Assembly (NCBI GenBank): GCA_963784695.1
Contig: CAWARZ010000002.1
Span: 2,395,513-2,459,512, forward strand
Direction: 5' to 3'
Length of the DNA: 64,000 bases
Source of the DNA: an uncultured Chloroflexia bacterium
Lineage (GTDB): Bacteria > Chloroflexota > Chloroflexia > QHBQ01 > JAICKM01
Shown: in pieces, positions 17,368 through 27,362 of the stretch
Numbering within the stretch: the stretch's first letter is position 1
Layout: each line of letters opens with the position of its first letter
The notes under the pieces: model-generated
Seen by the model: only the letters and a program-made list of their open reading frames with translations
The model's database searches: none
Told to the model about the DNA's origin: nothing
Made by a program: the position numbers and the translations under genes

Positions 17368-17996
17368 GACCAGACATAGACGATCGAGAAGATGAAGACC
17401 CAGACGATGTCGACGAAGTGCCAGTAGATCGAGATCGCCGAGATCGCCGCGTTATGCGTCTGCCCCTTGAACTGGCCGAACAGGGCGAGCACCAGCAGGA
17501 TCGAGAGCAGCACCAGCCCCCCCAAGACGTGGAAGCCGTGGAACCCCGTCAGGGTGAAGAACGTGCTGCCGAACAGGCCGCTGGCCATGGTCACCTGATC
17601 GTTCAACAGCCGGTAGTACTCAAACCCTTGCCCGACCAGGAACGTCGCGCCGAGCACCACGGTCGCCGCCAGCCAGATGCGCACCATCTTGTCCTCGCCG
17701 CGCGCCAGCGCCCGATCCGTCAGGATCATCGTGCCGCTGCTGGCGAACAGCGCCAGCGTGAAGATCGCCGTGTACAGGATGTCGAGGTGCTGCTTGGCGG
17801 CCGGTGCGCCCGGCCCGCCCGGTGGCGCGCTGTAATAGATATAGGCGATGATGAGCGCGCTAAAGAAGACCACCTCCGACAGCAGGAACATCAGCATGGC
17901 CAGCCGATTCGGCTCCATGCGCCCAAGCTGGTCCAGGTTCGCCGGGCCGGCCTCCAGCGGCTCGGCCGACGGCTTGGCGGCGGGTACCATGGCCAT
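17355..17996 (-). CDS. ctaE: Cytochrome c oxidase subunit III
   Basis: MLMFLLSEVVFFSALI...GTFFTLTGFHGFHVLGG...YWHFVDIVWVFIF, canonical Cox3 motifs. Confidence 0.9.
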   Translation of the reverse strand: MAMVPAAKPSAEPLEAGPANLDQLGRMEPNRLAMLMFLLSEVVFFSALIIAYIYYSAPPGGPGAPAAKQHLDILYTAIFTLALFASSGTMILTDRALARGEDKMVRIWLAATVVLGATFLVGQGFEYYRLLNDQVTMASGLFGSTFFTLTGFHGFHVLGGLVLLSILLVLALFGQFKGQTHNAAISAISIYWHFVDIVWVFIFSIVYVWSWLA

Positions 17997-17999
17997 GGC

Positions 18000-19679
18000 T
18001 CATATCCCCCTTTCGGCGTGCGCGGCCTTCCAGTCGGGGTTCTCCGGGTGTTCGAGGTCCCACAGCGGCCGCCGGCTGAGCACGGGCGGAATCGTCTCGA
18101 AGTTGTAGATCGGCGGGGGCGACGTGGTCGCCCATTCCAGCGTCCAGGCGTTCCATGGATTGTCTCCGGCCGGCGCGCCGTTCCGCCAGCTGGTGATGAA
18201 GTTGATGATGAACACCAGCACCCCGCTCGCCAGAATAAAGGCGCCGATGGTCGAGATGGCGTTCATCACGTCCCAGCTGGTGATGTCGGGGTAGGTCCAT
18301 ACGCGCCGCGGCATGCCCGCGGTCCCCAGGAAGTGCTGGATGAAGAAGGTCATGTTGAAGCCGATCAGGATCAGCCAGAAGCTGATCATGCCCAGCCGCT
18401 CGTTCATCATGCGCCCGGTGATCTTCGGGAACCAGTAGTGGAAGCCCGCGAAGATCGCGAAGGCACTGCCGCCGAAGAGCACGTAGTGCATGTGCGCCAC
18501 GACGTAGTAGCTGTCGGTCAGTTGGCGGTCCACCGGCACGATGGCGAACATCACGCCGGTCACGCCGCCGATCGGGAAGAGCACCAGGAACGCCAGCGCG
18601 AAGCACATCGCCGTGCTGAAATGGATCTTGCCGCCCCAGGCCGTGGCCAGCCAGTTGAAGATCTTCACGCCCGTCGGCACCGCGATGAGGGCACTCGCCA
18701 CGCTGAACGCGATGTCCAGCGGCAAGCCCATGCCCACGGCGAACATGTGGTGGCCCCACACCAGCAGGCTCAGGAAGGCGATCGCCAGCGTTGACCCGGC
18801 CACGAACCCGTAGCCGTAGATCGGCTTGCGCGAGAAGACGGGGATCACCTCCGAGATGATGCCGAACGCCGGCAGCACCATGATGTACACCTCGGGGTGG
18901 CCAAAGCTCCAGAAGTAGTGCTGCCACAGCTGCGAGTTGCCGCCGTGCAACACGTCGAAGAAGTGGGCCTGCAGCTGCCGGTCGAACAGCAGCATCACCA
19001 GGTCGGCGTTCAGCGCCGGGATCGCGAAGAGGATCAGGAACGAGTTGATCATCACCATCCAGACGAAGAGCGGCAGCCGCCGCAGCGTCAGCCCCGGGGC
19101 GCGCAACGTGAAGATCGTGACAATCAGGTTGACCGCCGCGCCGATCGTGCCGATGCCCGTGCCCAGCAGGCCGACGATCCAGTAGTCCACACCCCCCGTG
19201 GTCGAGAAGGGCCGCTCCGCCAGCGGCGTGTAGGAGAACCAGCCGTCCGCCGGGGCACCGCCCGAGACGAAGCTGTAGTAGAGCAGCAGGCCCCCGAACA
19301 GCAGCAGCCAGTAGCTTAGCGCGTTCAGCCGCGGGAACGCCACGTCGCGCGCCCCGATCATCAGCGGCACCAGGTAGTTCGCGAAGCCGATCAGCAGCGG
19401 CATCACCACCAGGAAGATCATCGTGGTGCCGTGCATCGTGAACAGCTGGTTGTACGTGTCGGGCGACAGGAACGTGTTCTCCGGCGTGCCAAGCTGCAGC
19501 CGCATCAGCAGCGCCTCGCAGCCCCCGACCACGAAGAAGCCGAGCGTGGTCACCAGATACATGATCCCGATCTGCTTGTGATCGACCGTGCTGATCCACG
19601 ACAGGAGGCCCTCGTTGGACCCCAGCCGGGGGAGCGCATCTGTCGGCTCCGGGACAAGAGGGATGCTGCTGCTGCTCAT
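18000..19679 (-). CDS. ctaD: Cytochrome c oxidase subunit I
   Basis: GIMYLVTTLGFFVVGG...HGTTMIFLVVMP...WFFGHPEVY-like (WSFGHPEVYIMVLPAFG)...HHMF...VAHMHYVL, haem-copper oxidase signatures. Confidence 0.95.
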   Translation of the reverse strand: MSSSSIPLVPEPTDALPRLGSNEGLLSWISTVDHKQIGIMYLVTTLGFFVVGGCEALLMRLQLGTPENTFLSPDTYNQLFTMHGTTMIFLVVMPLLIGFANYLVPLMIGARDVAFPRLNALSYWLLLFGGLLLYYSFVSGGAPADGWFSYTPLAERPFSTTGGVDYWIVGLLGTGIGTIGAAVNLIVTIFTLRAPGLTLRRLPLFVWMVMINSFLILFAIPALNADLVMLLFDRQLQAHFFDVLHGGNSQLWQHYFWSFGHPEVYIMVLPAFGIISEVIPVFSRKPIYGYGFVAGSTLAIAFLSLLVWGHHMFAVGMGLPLDIAFSVASALIAVPTGVKIFNWLATAWGGKIHFSTAMCFALAFLVLFPIGGVTGVMFAIVPVDRQLTDSYYVVAHMHYVLFGGSAFAIFAGFHYWFPKITGRMMNERLGMISFWLILIGFNMTFFIQHFLGTAGMPRRVWTYPDITSWDVMNAISTIGAFILASGVLVFIINFITSWRNGAPAGDNPWNAWTLEWATTSPPPIYNFETIPPVLSRRPLWDLEHPENPDWKAAHAERGI

Positions 19680-20599
19680 TTCAGGCTCTCCAGATAGGCC
19701 GTCAGGTCAGTAATCTCACTGGCCGTCAGGCGCACGTTGGGCATGAGCACTCCGGGCTTCACCGCCTGCGGGTTGCGTAGCCAGGTTTCCAGGTTCTGTG
19801 GGGTGTTCTCGAGCACCCCGGCCGCGATGACCGGCCGGCTGCCGAAGTGGGTCAGGTCGGGGCCCACATCCGCGTTCGCGGCCGTGCCCCCGATGGCGTG
19901 GCAGCTGATGCACGTCCGCTGCGCGAAGATCTTCGCCCCGTTGACCGCGTTGCCCGCGCTGGGCGCCGCCGCGGGCTGCGCCTCATGCTGCAGCCAGCTG
20001 TTGAAATCGGCCTCCGGCTGCGCGATGGCCGTGATGCGCATCCAGGCGTGCTCCGTGCCGCAGTACTCGGCGCAGGCACCGCTAAACGTGCCTGCCACGT
20101 CGGAGCGCAGCCACATGTAGTTGTTCTGCGCCGGGAAGGCATCTTCCTTCGGCCCGAGCTGCGGGATCCACAGGTCGTGGATCACGTCGTCCGATGTCAG
20201 CGTGACCAGCACGTTCTTGTGGACCGGGATGTGGATCTCGTTGGCCGTGGTCACGTTCGCGGACGGGTACTGCACCTTCCACCACCACTGGTTGCCCGTG
20301 ACCGTAATCTGCAGATCGGCGTCCTTGGCCTGCGGTTGGGGCGTTTCGGCCTGCATCACGCCGACGGCGAAGAAGAAGATGATGGCGAGCAGAATGAGCG
20401 GCCCGGCCGTCCACGCGATTTCGAGCCGCCGGCTGCCGAAGACCTGTCGCGGCTCCCCTGGACCGCCGCGCTGGCGGAAGCGGACCATCATGTACACCAC
20501 GAGCACGGCAATCGCGATGACAACCACCGCGGAGATAATCAGCAGGACGTTGTACAGATCCGAAACGCTCAGGGCCAGCGGCGAGACAGGGTTCGGCAT
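19676..20599 (-). CDS. ctaC: Cytochrome c oxidase subunit II with C-terminal cytochrome c domain (caa3 type)
   Basis: CuA site CAEYCGTEHAWM, then CISCH haem-c motif and LMPN. The stop overlaps the ctaD start. Confidence 0.9.
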   Translation of the reverse strand: MPNPVSPLALSVSDLYNVLLIISAVVVIAIAVLVVYMMVRFRQRGGPGEPRQVFGSRRLEIAWTAGPLILLAIIFFFAVGVMQAETPQPQAKDADLQITVTGNQWWWKVQYPSANVTTANEIHIPVHKNVLVTLTSDDVIHDLWIPQLGPKEDAFPAQNNYMWLRSDVAGTFSGACAEYCGTEHAWMRITAIAQPEADFNSWLQHEAQPAAAPSAGNAVNGAKIFAQRTCISCHAIGGTAANADVGPDLTHFGSRPVIAAGVLENTPQNLETWLRNPQAVKPGVLMPNVRLTASEITDLTAYLESLK

Positions 20600-20688
20600 A
20601 TAGCGACCTCGATCTGCGAATCAGGGGAACCCGCAAGGCACATTCTGAGCCTTCACAGGACCCGAAAAACGGGCACAATGACACCCCA

Positions 20689-20717
20689 AGTATATCACCG
20701 GTGAGACATCAATGTAA
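20689..20717 (-). promoter_or_regulatory. Candidate promoter of the cta/qcr cluster
   Basis: On the minus strand: TTACAT (20712-20717), 17-nt spacer, TATACT (20689-20694). It lies in a locally AT-rich patch about 90 nt upstream of the ctaC ATG. Confidence 0.4.
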
Positions 20718-21030
20718 TAAACGAAGGTTGTATGGTTTCATATACGGATCATAAACAGCTCCGATCCGTAATGATTCGCCGATCCGACAACGGGGTACGG
20801 CAACAGGGTGTGGCCGCGCCCGGCGCATGCCTGGCCGCATCGCCGAGGAAGGATGTCGCGGCTGCGCCCGCCCGCCGGCCAGGACTGCCAGGGGCCGGAA
20901 AGGGCTCGGTGGCGCTGCCGCCGCTCCCCCCGCATAATTCGTTCCAAGAATCGGGCGCCCGGCTCCCTCGCCGCGGCCGCGACGCAGAAACCTCAGGGCA
21001 AAGTGGGGAAAACCGCGACCACGCCGCGCT

Positions 21031-21070
21031 CGAAAGACAAAGAGCCGGGCGCCAATCAGGCGCCCGGCTC
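21031..21070 (-). terminator. Rho-independent terminator closing the 16S/tRNA unit
   Basis: Perfect 12-bp stem gagccgggcgcc (21042-21053) / ggcgcccggctc (21059-21070) with a 5-nt loop. It is followed on the minus strand by TTTGTCTTTCG and starts 5 nt after tRNA-Ala. Confidence 0.75.
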
Positions 21071-21075
21071 GCGGG

Positions 21076-21148
21076 TGGAGATGAGGAGACTCGAACTCCT
21101 GACCCCCTCCGTGCAAAGGAGGTGCTCTTCCAGCTGAGCTACATCCCC
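21076..21148 (-). tRNA. tRNA-Ala (anticodon TGC)
   Basis: GGGGATGTAGCTCAGCTGGAAGAGCACCTCCTTTGCACGGAGGGGGTCAGGAGTTCGAGTCTCCTCATCTCCA folds as a cloverleaf by hand. The G3:U70 identity pair is present and CCA is not encoded. Confidence 0.92.
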
Positions 21149-21296
21149 GCGTCCTCTTATTCTACCGAATCTCCGCCCCCCGCGCAACCGCAGCGGGGCG
21201 CCGCCGCCGTGCACGAGCCCGCGGAGCCCGACGCCCCAGAGCCCAGGCAGGAAGCCGCCATCGTCCGGGCAAGCCTGTACCCTGCTGGCCGCCTCC

Positions 21297-21899
21297 TCAG
21301 CGCGCCAGGAACTCCCACAGGGAAGCGACCAGAAACAGCGGCACGACCAGCACGTAGATCCGCACCACGTCACGAAGCGCTTCGCGTGAAAAGCCTAGCG
21401 GCCCATCGCCCGGATAGCAGGCGCGCGGCCGGACGACGGCCAGGCCGACGTTCACGCCCGCGCCGCCGGCCAGGGCGTAGGGGATTAGCTGCAGGATCAG
21501 CGTGACGAGATAGTAGAACGCTTCGGCTGGGTCGGCCAGGCGGCTGGCGTGCGCCGTGCCGGCCTGCACAGAGACGATGCCGCCGACCCACCCCCGGAAC
21601 GCGGCGACCGGGTAGACGACGACAATCGCAACGCCGCCCAGCGTGCTGGGAATCGCTCCGAGGAGCAAGTTCCGGCTGAAATCCAGGAGCGCGGCCTGCA
21701 AGCGGGAATCCTGCTGCAGGGCCCGGGCCGCTGGGTCGGTAGCCTGGGCGCTTGCCACAAGACCGTCGGCGTAGTCGAGGGCGAAACGGCTCCCGCTGTG
21801 CACCATGACCGCACCGAGGATCACGGCCAGCACGTAGGTTGCGGCAATTGTCAGGATGCCGACTCGCGCCCGGGCCACCGCGCCCCCGATGGACCGCAT
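21297..21899 (-). CDS. Polytopic membrane protein, SpoIIM/DUF95-like (tentative family)
   Basis: ATG 21899 lies 7 nt after GAGGGAG. MRSIGGAVARARVGILTIAATYVLAVILGAV...FSRNLLLGAIPSTLGGVAIVVVYP...YYLVTLILQLIPYALAGGAG...VLVVPLFLVASLWEFL. It lies between tRNA-Ile and tRNA-Ala. Confidence 0.55.
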   Translation of the reverse strand: MRSIGGAVARARVGILTIAATYVLAVILGAVMVHSGSRFALDYADGLVASAQATDPAARALQQDSRLQAALLDFSRNLLLGAIPSTLGGVAIVVVYPVAAFRGWVGGIVSVQAGTAHASRLADPAEAFYYLVTLILQLIPYALAGGAGVNVGLAVVRPRACYPGDGPLGFSREALRDVVRIYVLVVPLFLVASLWEFLAR

Positions 21900-22008
21900 C
21901 GTGATGCTCCCTCTCGCGTGTCGGTTCCCGCGACCGGCCCGCCGGCCCACTGCCGCCCAGCCCGGGAAAGCCAAACGCCGCGGCCTGCATCTGCAAGCCG
22001 CGGCGGGG

Positions 22009-22082
22009 TGGGCGAGCCTGGACTCGAACCAGGGGCCTCGTTCTTATCAGGAACGCGCTCTAACCAACTGAGCTACACGCCC
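22009..22082 (-). tRNA. tRNA-Ile (anticodon GAT)
   Basis: GGGCGTGTAGCTCAGTTGGTTAGAGCGCGTTCCTGATAAGAACGAGGCCCCTGGTTCGAGTCCAGGCTCGCCCA. The cloverleaf folds with one U6-U67 mismatch in the acceptor stem. Confidence 0.9.
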
Positions 22083-22300
22083 GGATGTCGGTCTTAACAA
22101 CAGGAGAGTGGTGAGTAGTGCGCTCGCACCCAGTCAAGGTCCGGGCCGTCGCGGCTCCGTCCGGCCCTGCCGAACGGACCTGCTGCTGGGTAGCGGCAGG
22201 ATTTGCGTGGTTGCTGACGACCGCCGGGTTCCCCCGGCGTCCGATCGAGCTAGGATCACGGTCCGTCGGCTCTCGTTGAGCGTCGGGGCCGCTGCTCCCT

Positions 22301-23790
<1,490 letters not shown>

Positions 23791-24171
23791 ACCAGCAATC
23801 CCGTGCGGGGATTACTGTGGGTTCGGTGGAACCGTCCCCCGACTTGCATCGGGTGCAGGGTTCCGGCTGGAACCGTTATGGGCTCGGATATTGACTGGTT
23901 TGCGTGTGAGCTTCTTGCTCACCACTCTGCTGTTGTTAAGGTGCCGGCCACGTTTCGCGGTGGCTACCCAGTATACCAGATGAGACCGGCTGGTGTCAAC
24001 GGTCCGATCGGACCGCGAGGCAACAAAAAACCGCCGTCCTGAGACGCCGGAGAGCACGGACTTCGCACCTCAGCTACTGCGAATGCTCGTCGATGCTCTG
24101 GCCTCCTCTGTTCTTCGGCTTGTTGGTTTTCTCACCCTTGGGTGAGCGAAACCCGTTCCACACGCCCCATT

Positions 24172-24200
24172 ATTATACTCCAACCCGCCGGTGGAGTCAA
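24172..24200 (-). promoter_or_regulatory. Candidate rRNA promoter
   Basis: On the minus strand: TTGACT (24195-24200), 17-nt spacer, TATAAT (24172-24177), about 380 nt upstream of the mature 16S 5' end. Confidence 0.55.
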
Positions 24201-24326
24201 GCGCTTTGCCGGCCAACTCGGGGTCCATTTTGTCCGGACCCGGGGACGAACCACGCTGGCCGGTCATAGGGGCAGGCGAGCACATTGCCTGAGAGAGCCG
24301 GCGCCCGAGGGCGGCTTGCCGCGCCG

Positions 24327-24383
24327 CTCCTTCGTCATCCTGACCAACGGGAAGAGTCTCCGCGCCGGGATGTTGCCGTGAGG
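24327..24383 (+). repeat. Dispersed repeat family 1, copy 2 (diverged)
   Basis: ctccttCGTCATCCTGACCAACGGGAAGAGTCTCCGCGCCGGGATGttgcc. It shares the TCTCCGCGCCGGGATG tail with copy 1. Confidence 0.65.
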
Positions 24384-24451
24384 CAGCCGCTTTCGTGAGA
24401 ACCGGCTCCCCGGAAGCCGCACGGCGCGCGGTGCTCCGTCGCCCGACCCCG

Positions 24452-24497
24452 CCCTTGTCATCCCGCGCGCAGTGAGGGATCTCCGAACTCCGCAGGG
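24452..24497 (+). repeat. Dispersed repeat family 1, copy 3
   Basis: cccTTGTCATCCCGCGCGCAGTGAGGGATCTCCGAACTCCGCAGG. Confidence 0.8.
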
Positions 24498-24637
24498 TTG
24501 CCCTGCGGCAGGCGCCTCCGCGGTATCTGGCGCTAGGACGCCGCGCGGTTCGCTAGGGCGGGCCACCCGGCGCGGTCATGTCGAACAGTAGTAAAACAAA
24601 ACCAGGAGGAGGGCGGGCAGCGCTCAATTCGCGCATG

Positions 24638-24954
24638 ATGGTTTTTGACGGCGAAGATCGGTAAACCCGTGGCGCGCAGATGAGGGACGGGCCGCCCACG
24701 AATGCCGATCAACGAATGCCTGAATGCGCGTGGCGAGAACGCGTCCTGCTTGCCGGCGGCATCACCGGTAGTAGCGCGCTCTGCCACGCGAGGACCTCCC
24801 TCGACCGCCTGGCCTGCTGTTCGCCGAGAGCGGTGGTGCGTATTCGTACATTCGTTAGTGCGGCGGAGCCGCAGTCGTGGGCGGTCTGCTCGCCTACCAT
24901 CCCGGCGTGACGCCGCCGCTGCCACGACTACCGATCTCCAGCGTCAAAAACCAT
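24638..24954. other. 317-bp non-coding element bounded by 24-nt inverted repeats (MITE-like element or structured RNA; unassigned)
   Basis: atggtttttgacggcgaagatcgg (24638-24661) against the reverse complement of ccgatctccagcgtcaaaaaccat (24931-24954) gives 21/24 matches, with 13 contiguous. The interior has no credible ORF. Confidence 0.35.
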
Positions 24955-24982
24955 TAGGAGCGCGCCTGGTCTGCCGTCGGCG

Positions 24983-25924
24983 TCACCTCGCTGCGACGAG
25001 TGCCTGCAGGCGGGACCGCGCCCAGCGATAGGCGGGCTCCTGCCCCGTAAGCGCGAAGAAGCGCAGTGCGTCGAGCCCGATGGCGCAGACGTAGCATTCC
25101 AGGCGCGGCGCGAAGTCGGGCACGGCCCGCCCCTGGGCGGCGCAGCGGGCCTGGTAGCGCCCCGCCCAATCGGCCTCGGGCGCCCAGAAGTGTAGCCAGG
25201 CCACGTCGTAAACTGGATCGCCGTACTTCGCGTCCATCCAGTCGATCACGGCGACGACGCCTCCGCCGTCCACCAGGACGTTGCCATATCCGTAGTTGCC
25301 GTGCACCAGGCCGTGCGCTTCGGGGCACGCGGGCAGCAGGGCGCGCATATGGCTGTACAGCCGCTCCCAGAAGGGCTGTTCGAGGAAGGTCTCGGCGAAC
25401 AGCCGGTGCCAGCCGGCGTAGAAATCGCCTGGCGGGCCGTCGTCCGCGATCGCCGCGAGCGACTCGCGCCAGCCCGGCGCCAGGCCCACGCCCTGCGCAT
25501 CAAACGTGCCGAAGCCAGGCCGGTCCGCGACGGCGACTGCGTGGATGGCGTCGAGGACGTCGAGCAGCGCCGGGACGAGACCCGCCGCGGTGTCCGGCGA
25601 CACCGTGTTGGCTGGGACGCCGGCCACGCGCTCCGTGATTATATAGTGGAGCTCGTCGAGCCGGCCGAGGCCGGCGACGGCCGGGATCGGCAGGCGCGGT
25701 GAGGCGAAGTGCGCGGCGCAGTAAGCCTCCTTCGGCAGGTTCGGCCCCAGGTTGTCCCGGGTGAGGCGGATCACATATTCCCGGAGTCCCACAGTCACGG
25801 CGAACGTGGCGGCGATTTGCCCGCCGCCGAGCGGCGCGATCGCTCCGACATCGCGACCAAGCTCCGCGCGGAGCAGTGCCCGCAGGCGCGCCATATCGAT
25901 CTCAGGCTTCGGATTGGACATCAT
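24983..25924 (-). CDS. Aminoglycoside/hygromycin-type phosphotransferase family protein (APH fold)
   Basis: ATG 25924 follows GAGGGG. LVHGNYGYGNVLVDGGGVVAVIDWMDAKYGDPVYDVAWLHFW closely parallels the Hph-type catalytic and activation loops, except that the catalytic Asp position is Asn. Confidence 0.8.
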   Translation of the reverse strand: MMSNPKPEIDMARLRALLRAELGRDVGAIAPLGGGQIAATFAVTVGLREYVIRLTRDNLGPNLPKEAYCAAHFASPRLPIPAVAGLGRLDELHYIITERVAGVPANTVSPDTAAGLVPALLDVLDAIHAVAVADRPGFGTFDAQGVGLAPGWRESLAAIADDGPPGDFYAGWHRLFAETFLEQPFWERLYSHMRALLPACPEAHGLVHGNYGYGNVLVDGGGVVAVIDWMDAKYGDPVYDVAWLHFWAPEADWAGRYQARCAAQGRAVPDFAPRLECYVCAIGLDALRFFALTGQEPAYRWARSRLQALVAAR

Positions 25925-26005
25925 ACGCCCCTCGCCGGCATATCCCCGCGGGGCGGTTTCCACTCAGAGGACAGGCTGGGAAGCCGCCCGGTGCGGACCA
26001 ACCAT

Positions 26006-26521
26006 TCAGGGCGGCGTGCTGATGCTGCGCGCCGCCCGCTGGCTCACCTCCGAGATCAGCCGCTGCAGCGCCGCGATCTGCGCGCTCACCTGCGCGTTCA
26101 GCGCGCGCAGCGCCTCCGCCTCGTCGGCGTCCGCCGCCCCGGCCGCCGGGGCCGGCTCCGGCGCGCCCAGCGCGGCCAGTTGCTCCTGCAGTGTCGCCCG
26201 GCGGCTCTCCAGTTCGGCGATCTGCGCCGTCGCGTCGGCCACGCGCTTGGTCAGCAGCAGCGCCTCCAGTTCGCGCGTCGCCCGTTCCCGCAGCCGCGCC
26301 AGGTGGCGATGTGTCACGGCGACCTCCGCCAGCCGCTCCTCCACCTCGGCCATGGCCGCCAGCCCCTGGCCCACGTCGCCCGCGTGGATTACCGTCGCCT
26401 CGACGATGCGGCGCATCTGCACTTCATACTCGCGGGCCGTTTCCTCTTTCTGCGCGATGCGGGTGGCGATGTCCGCCAGCAGCAGGCGGGTCAAGCCGAT
26501 GCGCCGGTCAATCTCGTGCAT
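26006..26521 (-). CDS. Hypothetical coiled-coil protein
   Basis: 171-aa ORF rich in heptad-like A/E/R/L segments (AQIAELESRRATLQEQLAAL..ALNAQVSAQIAALQRLISEV). It is co-directional and tightly spaced with its neighbours. Confidence 0.45.
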   Translation of the reverse strand: MHEIDRRIGLTRLLLADIATRIAQKEETAREYEVQMRRIVEATVIHAGDVGQGLAAMAEVEERLAEVAVTHRHLARLRERATRELEALLLTKRVADATAQIAELESRRATLQEQLAALGAPEPAPAAGAADADEAEALRALNAQVSAQIAALQRLISEVSQRAARSISTPP

Positions 26522-26545
26522 GCTGATCCTGACTGGTGATCCTGA

Positions 26546-26868
26546 CTAGAAGAAGAAGAGCTTGAACGGGTCATCCCGAATGGTCTGCACGCACTCCTCC
26601 AGCGTGCCCTCGACCGGCAGGGGCTGCCACTTGCCGGTGTAGCGCATATAGTCGAGCCGGTAGGTGCTGTGCTGGGGGTCGAGAAGGACCGCCCGCGCGA
26701 CCGGGCTGTAGTACGCTTCCCACGCCGGGCGGCCCTGGGGTTGGTCCAGGAAGTAGAAGATGAGGCTGCCGCGCCGCTCCTCGACCAGGGCGTCGGCCAG
26801 GCGCGGGTCGTCGCGCACAATCGCCACCGCGCGGGCGGCGGGCTCGCCGCCCAGCCCCAACCGGCGCA
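26546..26868 (-). CDS. Hypothetical small protein (start uncertain)
   Basis: Only the last 107 codons or so of ORF 26546..27523 look protein-like (RDDPRLADALVEERRGSLIFYFLDQPQGRPAWEAYYSPVARAVLLDPQHSTYRLDYMRYTGKWQPLPVEGTLEECVQTIRDDPFKLFFF). GTG 26868 is the first start after the upstream stop. Confidence 0.4.
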
Positions 26869-26874
26869 CGCGGC

Positions 26875-27336
26875 CTACCCGCCCAGCGCCGTGGCCAGCC
26901 GGCGGAGGCTCTCGTCGAGCATCCCCCCGAGCGTCGCCGCCAACAGCACCGTCGGCACCGCCGGCACGTCGATATGCGCCTCGACCTGGCTGCCGCCGCC
27001 GTTCGCCCCCGGCGCGATGTTGATCGTCAGCGTCCCCGGCGGGTTGCCCTCCAGCGCCAGCGAGACCTGCTGGCCCGGATCGAGCGTGGTCAGGCGCAGC
27101 GTCAGCGGTGCGGGCTGACCCAGGAAGTTGGCCACCGCGCCGAAGCGCTGGCCCACGGCCGGTGCCCCCGGTGGCGCGGTCGTGATCTCTTTGATGGCCG
27201 AGATATACGTCGGCGCGTTCCGCAGGTCCGCGACGTACTCGTAGATGGTCTCGGGGGCCGCGGGCACCATGCCCTCCTTGCTCAATGTTCCCATAAGCGC
27301 TACATAATCCTTGGCTAACTCCACGCGGGGTGTCAT
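26875..27336 (-). CDS. SRPBCC (START/polyketide-cyclase-like) family protein
   Basis: ATG 27336. The 153-aa protein MTPRVELAKDYVALMGTL..APETIYEYVADLRNAPTYISAIKEI..VGQRFGAVANFLG..LTLRLTTLDPGQQVSLALEG has SRPBCC-like length and a beta-rich pattern. Confidence 0.55.
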   Translation of the reverse strand: MTPRVELAKDYVALMGTLSKEGMVPAAPETIYEYVADLRNAPTYISAIKEITTAPPGAPAVGQRFGAVANFLGQPAPLTLRLTTLDPGQQVSLALEGNPPGTLTINIAPGANGGGSQVEAHIDVPAVPTVLLAATLGGMLDESLRRLATALGG

Positions 27337-27362
27337 GGGTCGGGGGCCGGGGGCGCGGCGCG

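Noticed and set aside
20709-21505. ORFs 20709..21116, 20732..21505 and 20808..21137, which span tRNA-Ala and its terminator.
   Set aside because: They cross a tRNA and a strong hairpin, have low-complexity translations and lack an SD.
24638-24954. Whether the inverted-repeat-bounded element is RNase P RNA, tmRNA, SRP RNA, 6S RNA or a riboswitch.
   Set aside because: None of the signature strings I know was seen (GGAAAGTCCGGGC for RNase P, a tRNA-like GGGG..TCCACCA end for tmRNA, the SRP GGAA/AGCA tetraloop context). No downstream gene is positioned for a riboswitch. It is kept only as an unassigned element.
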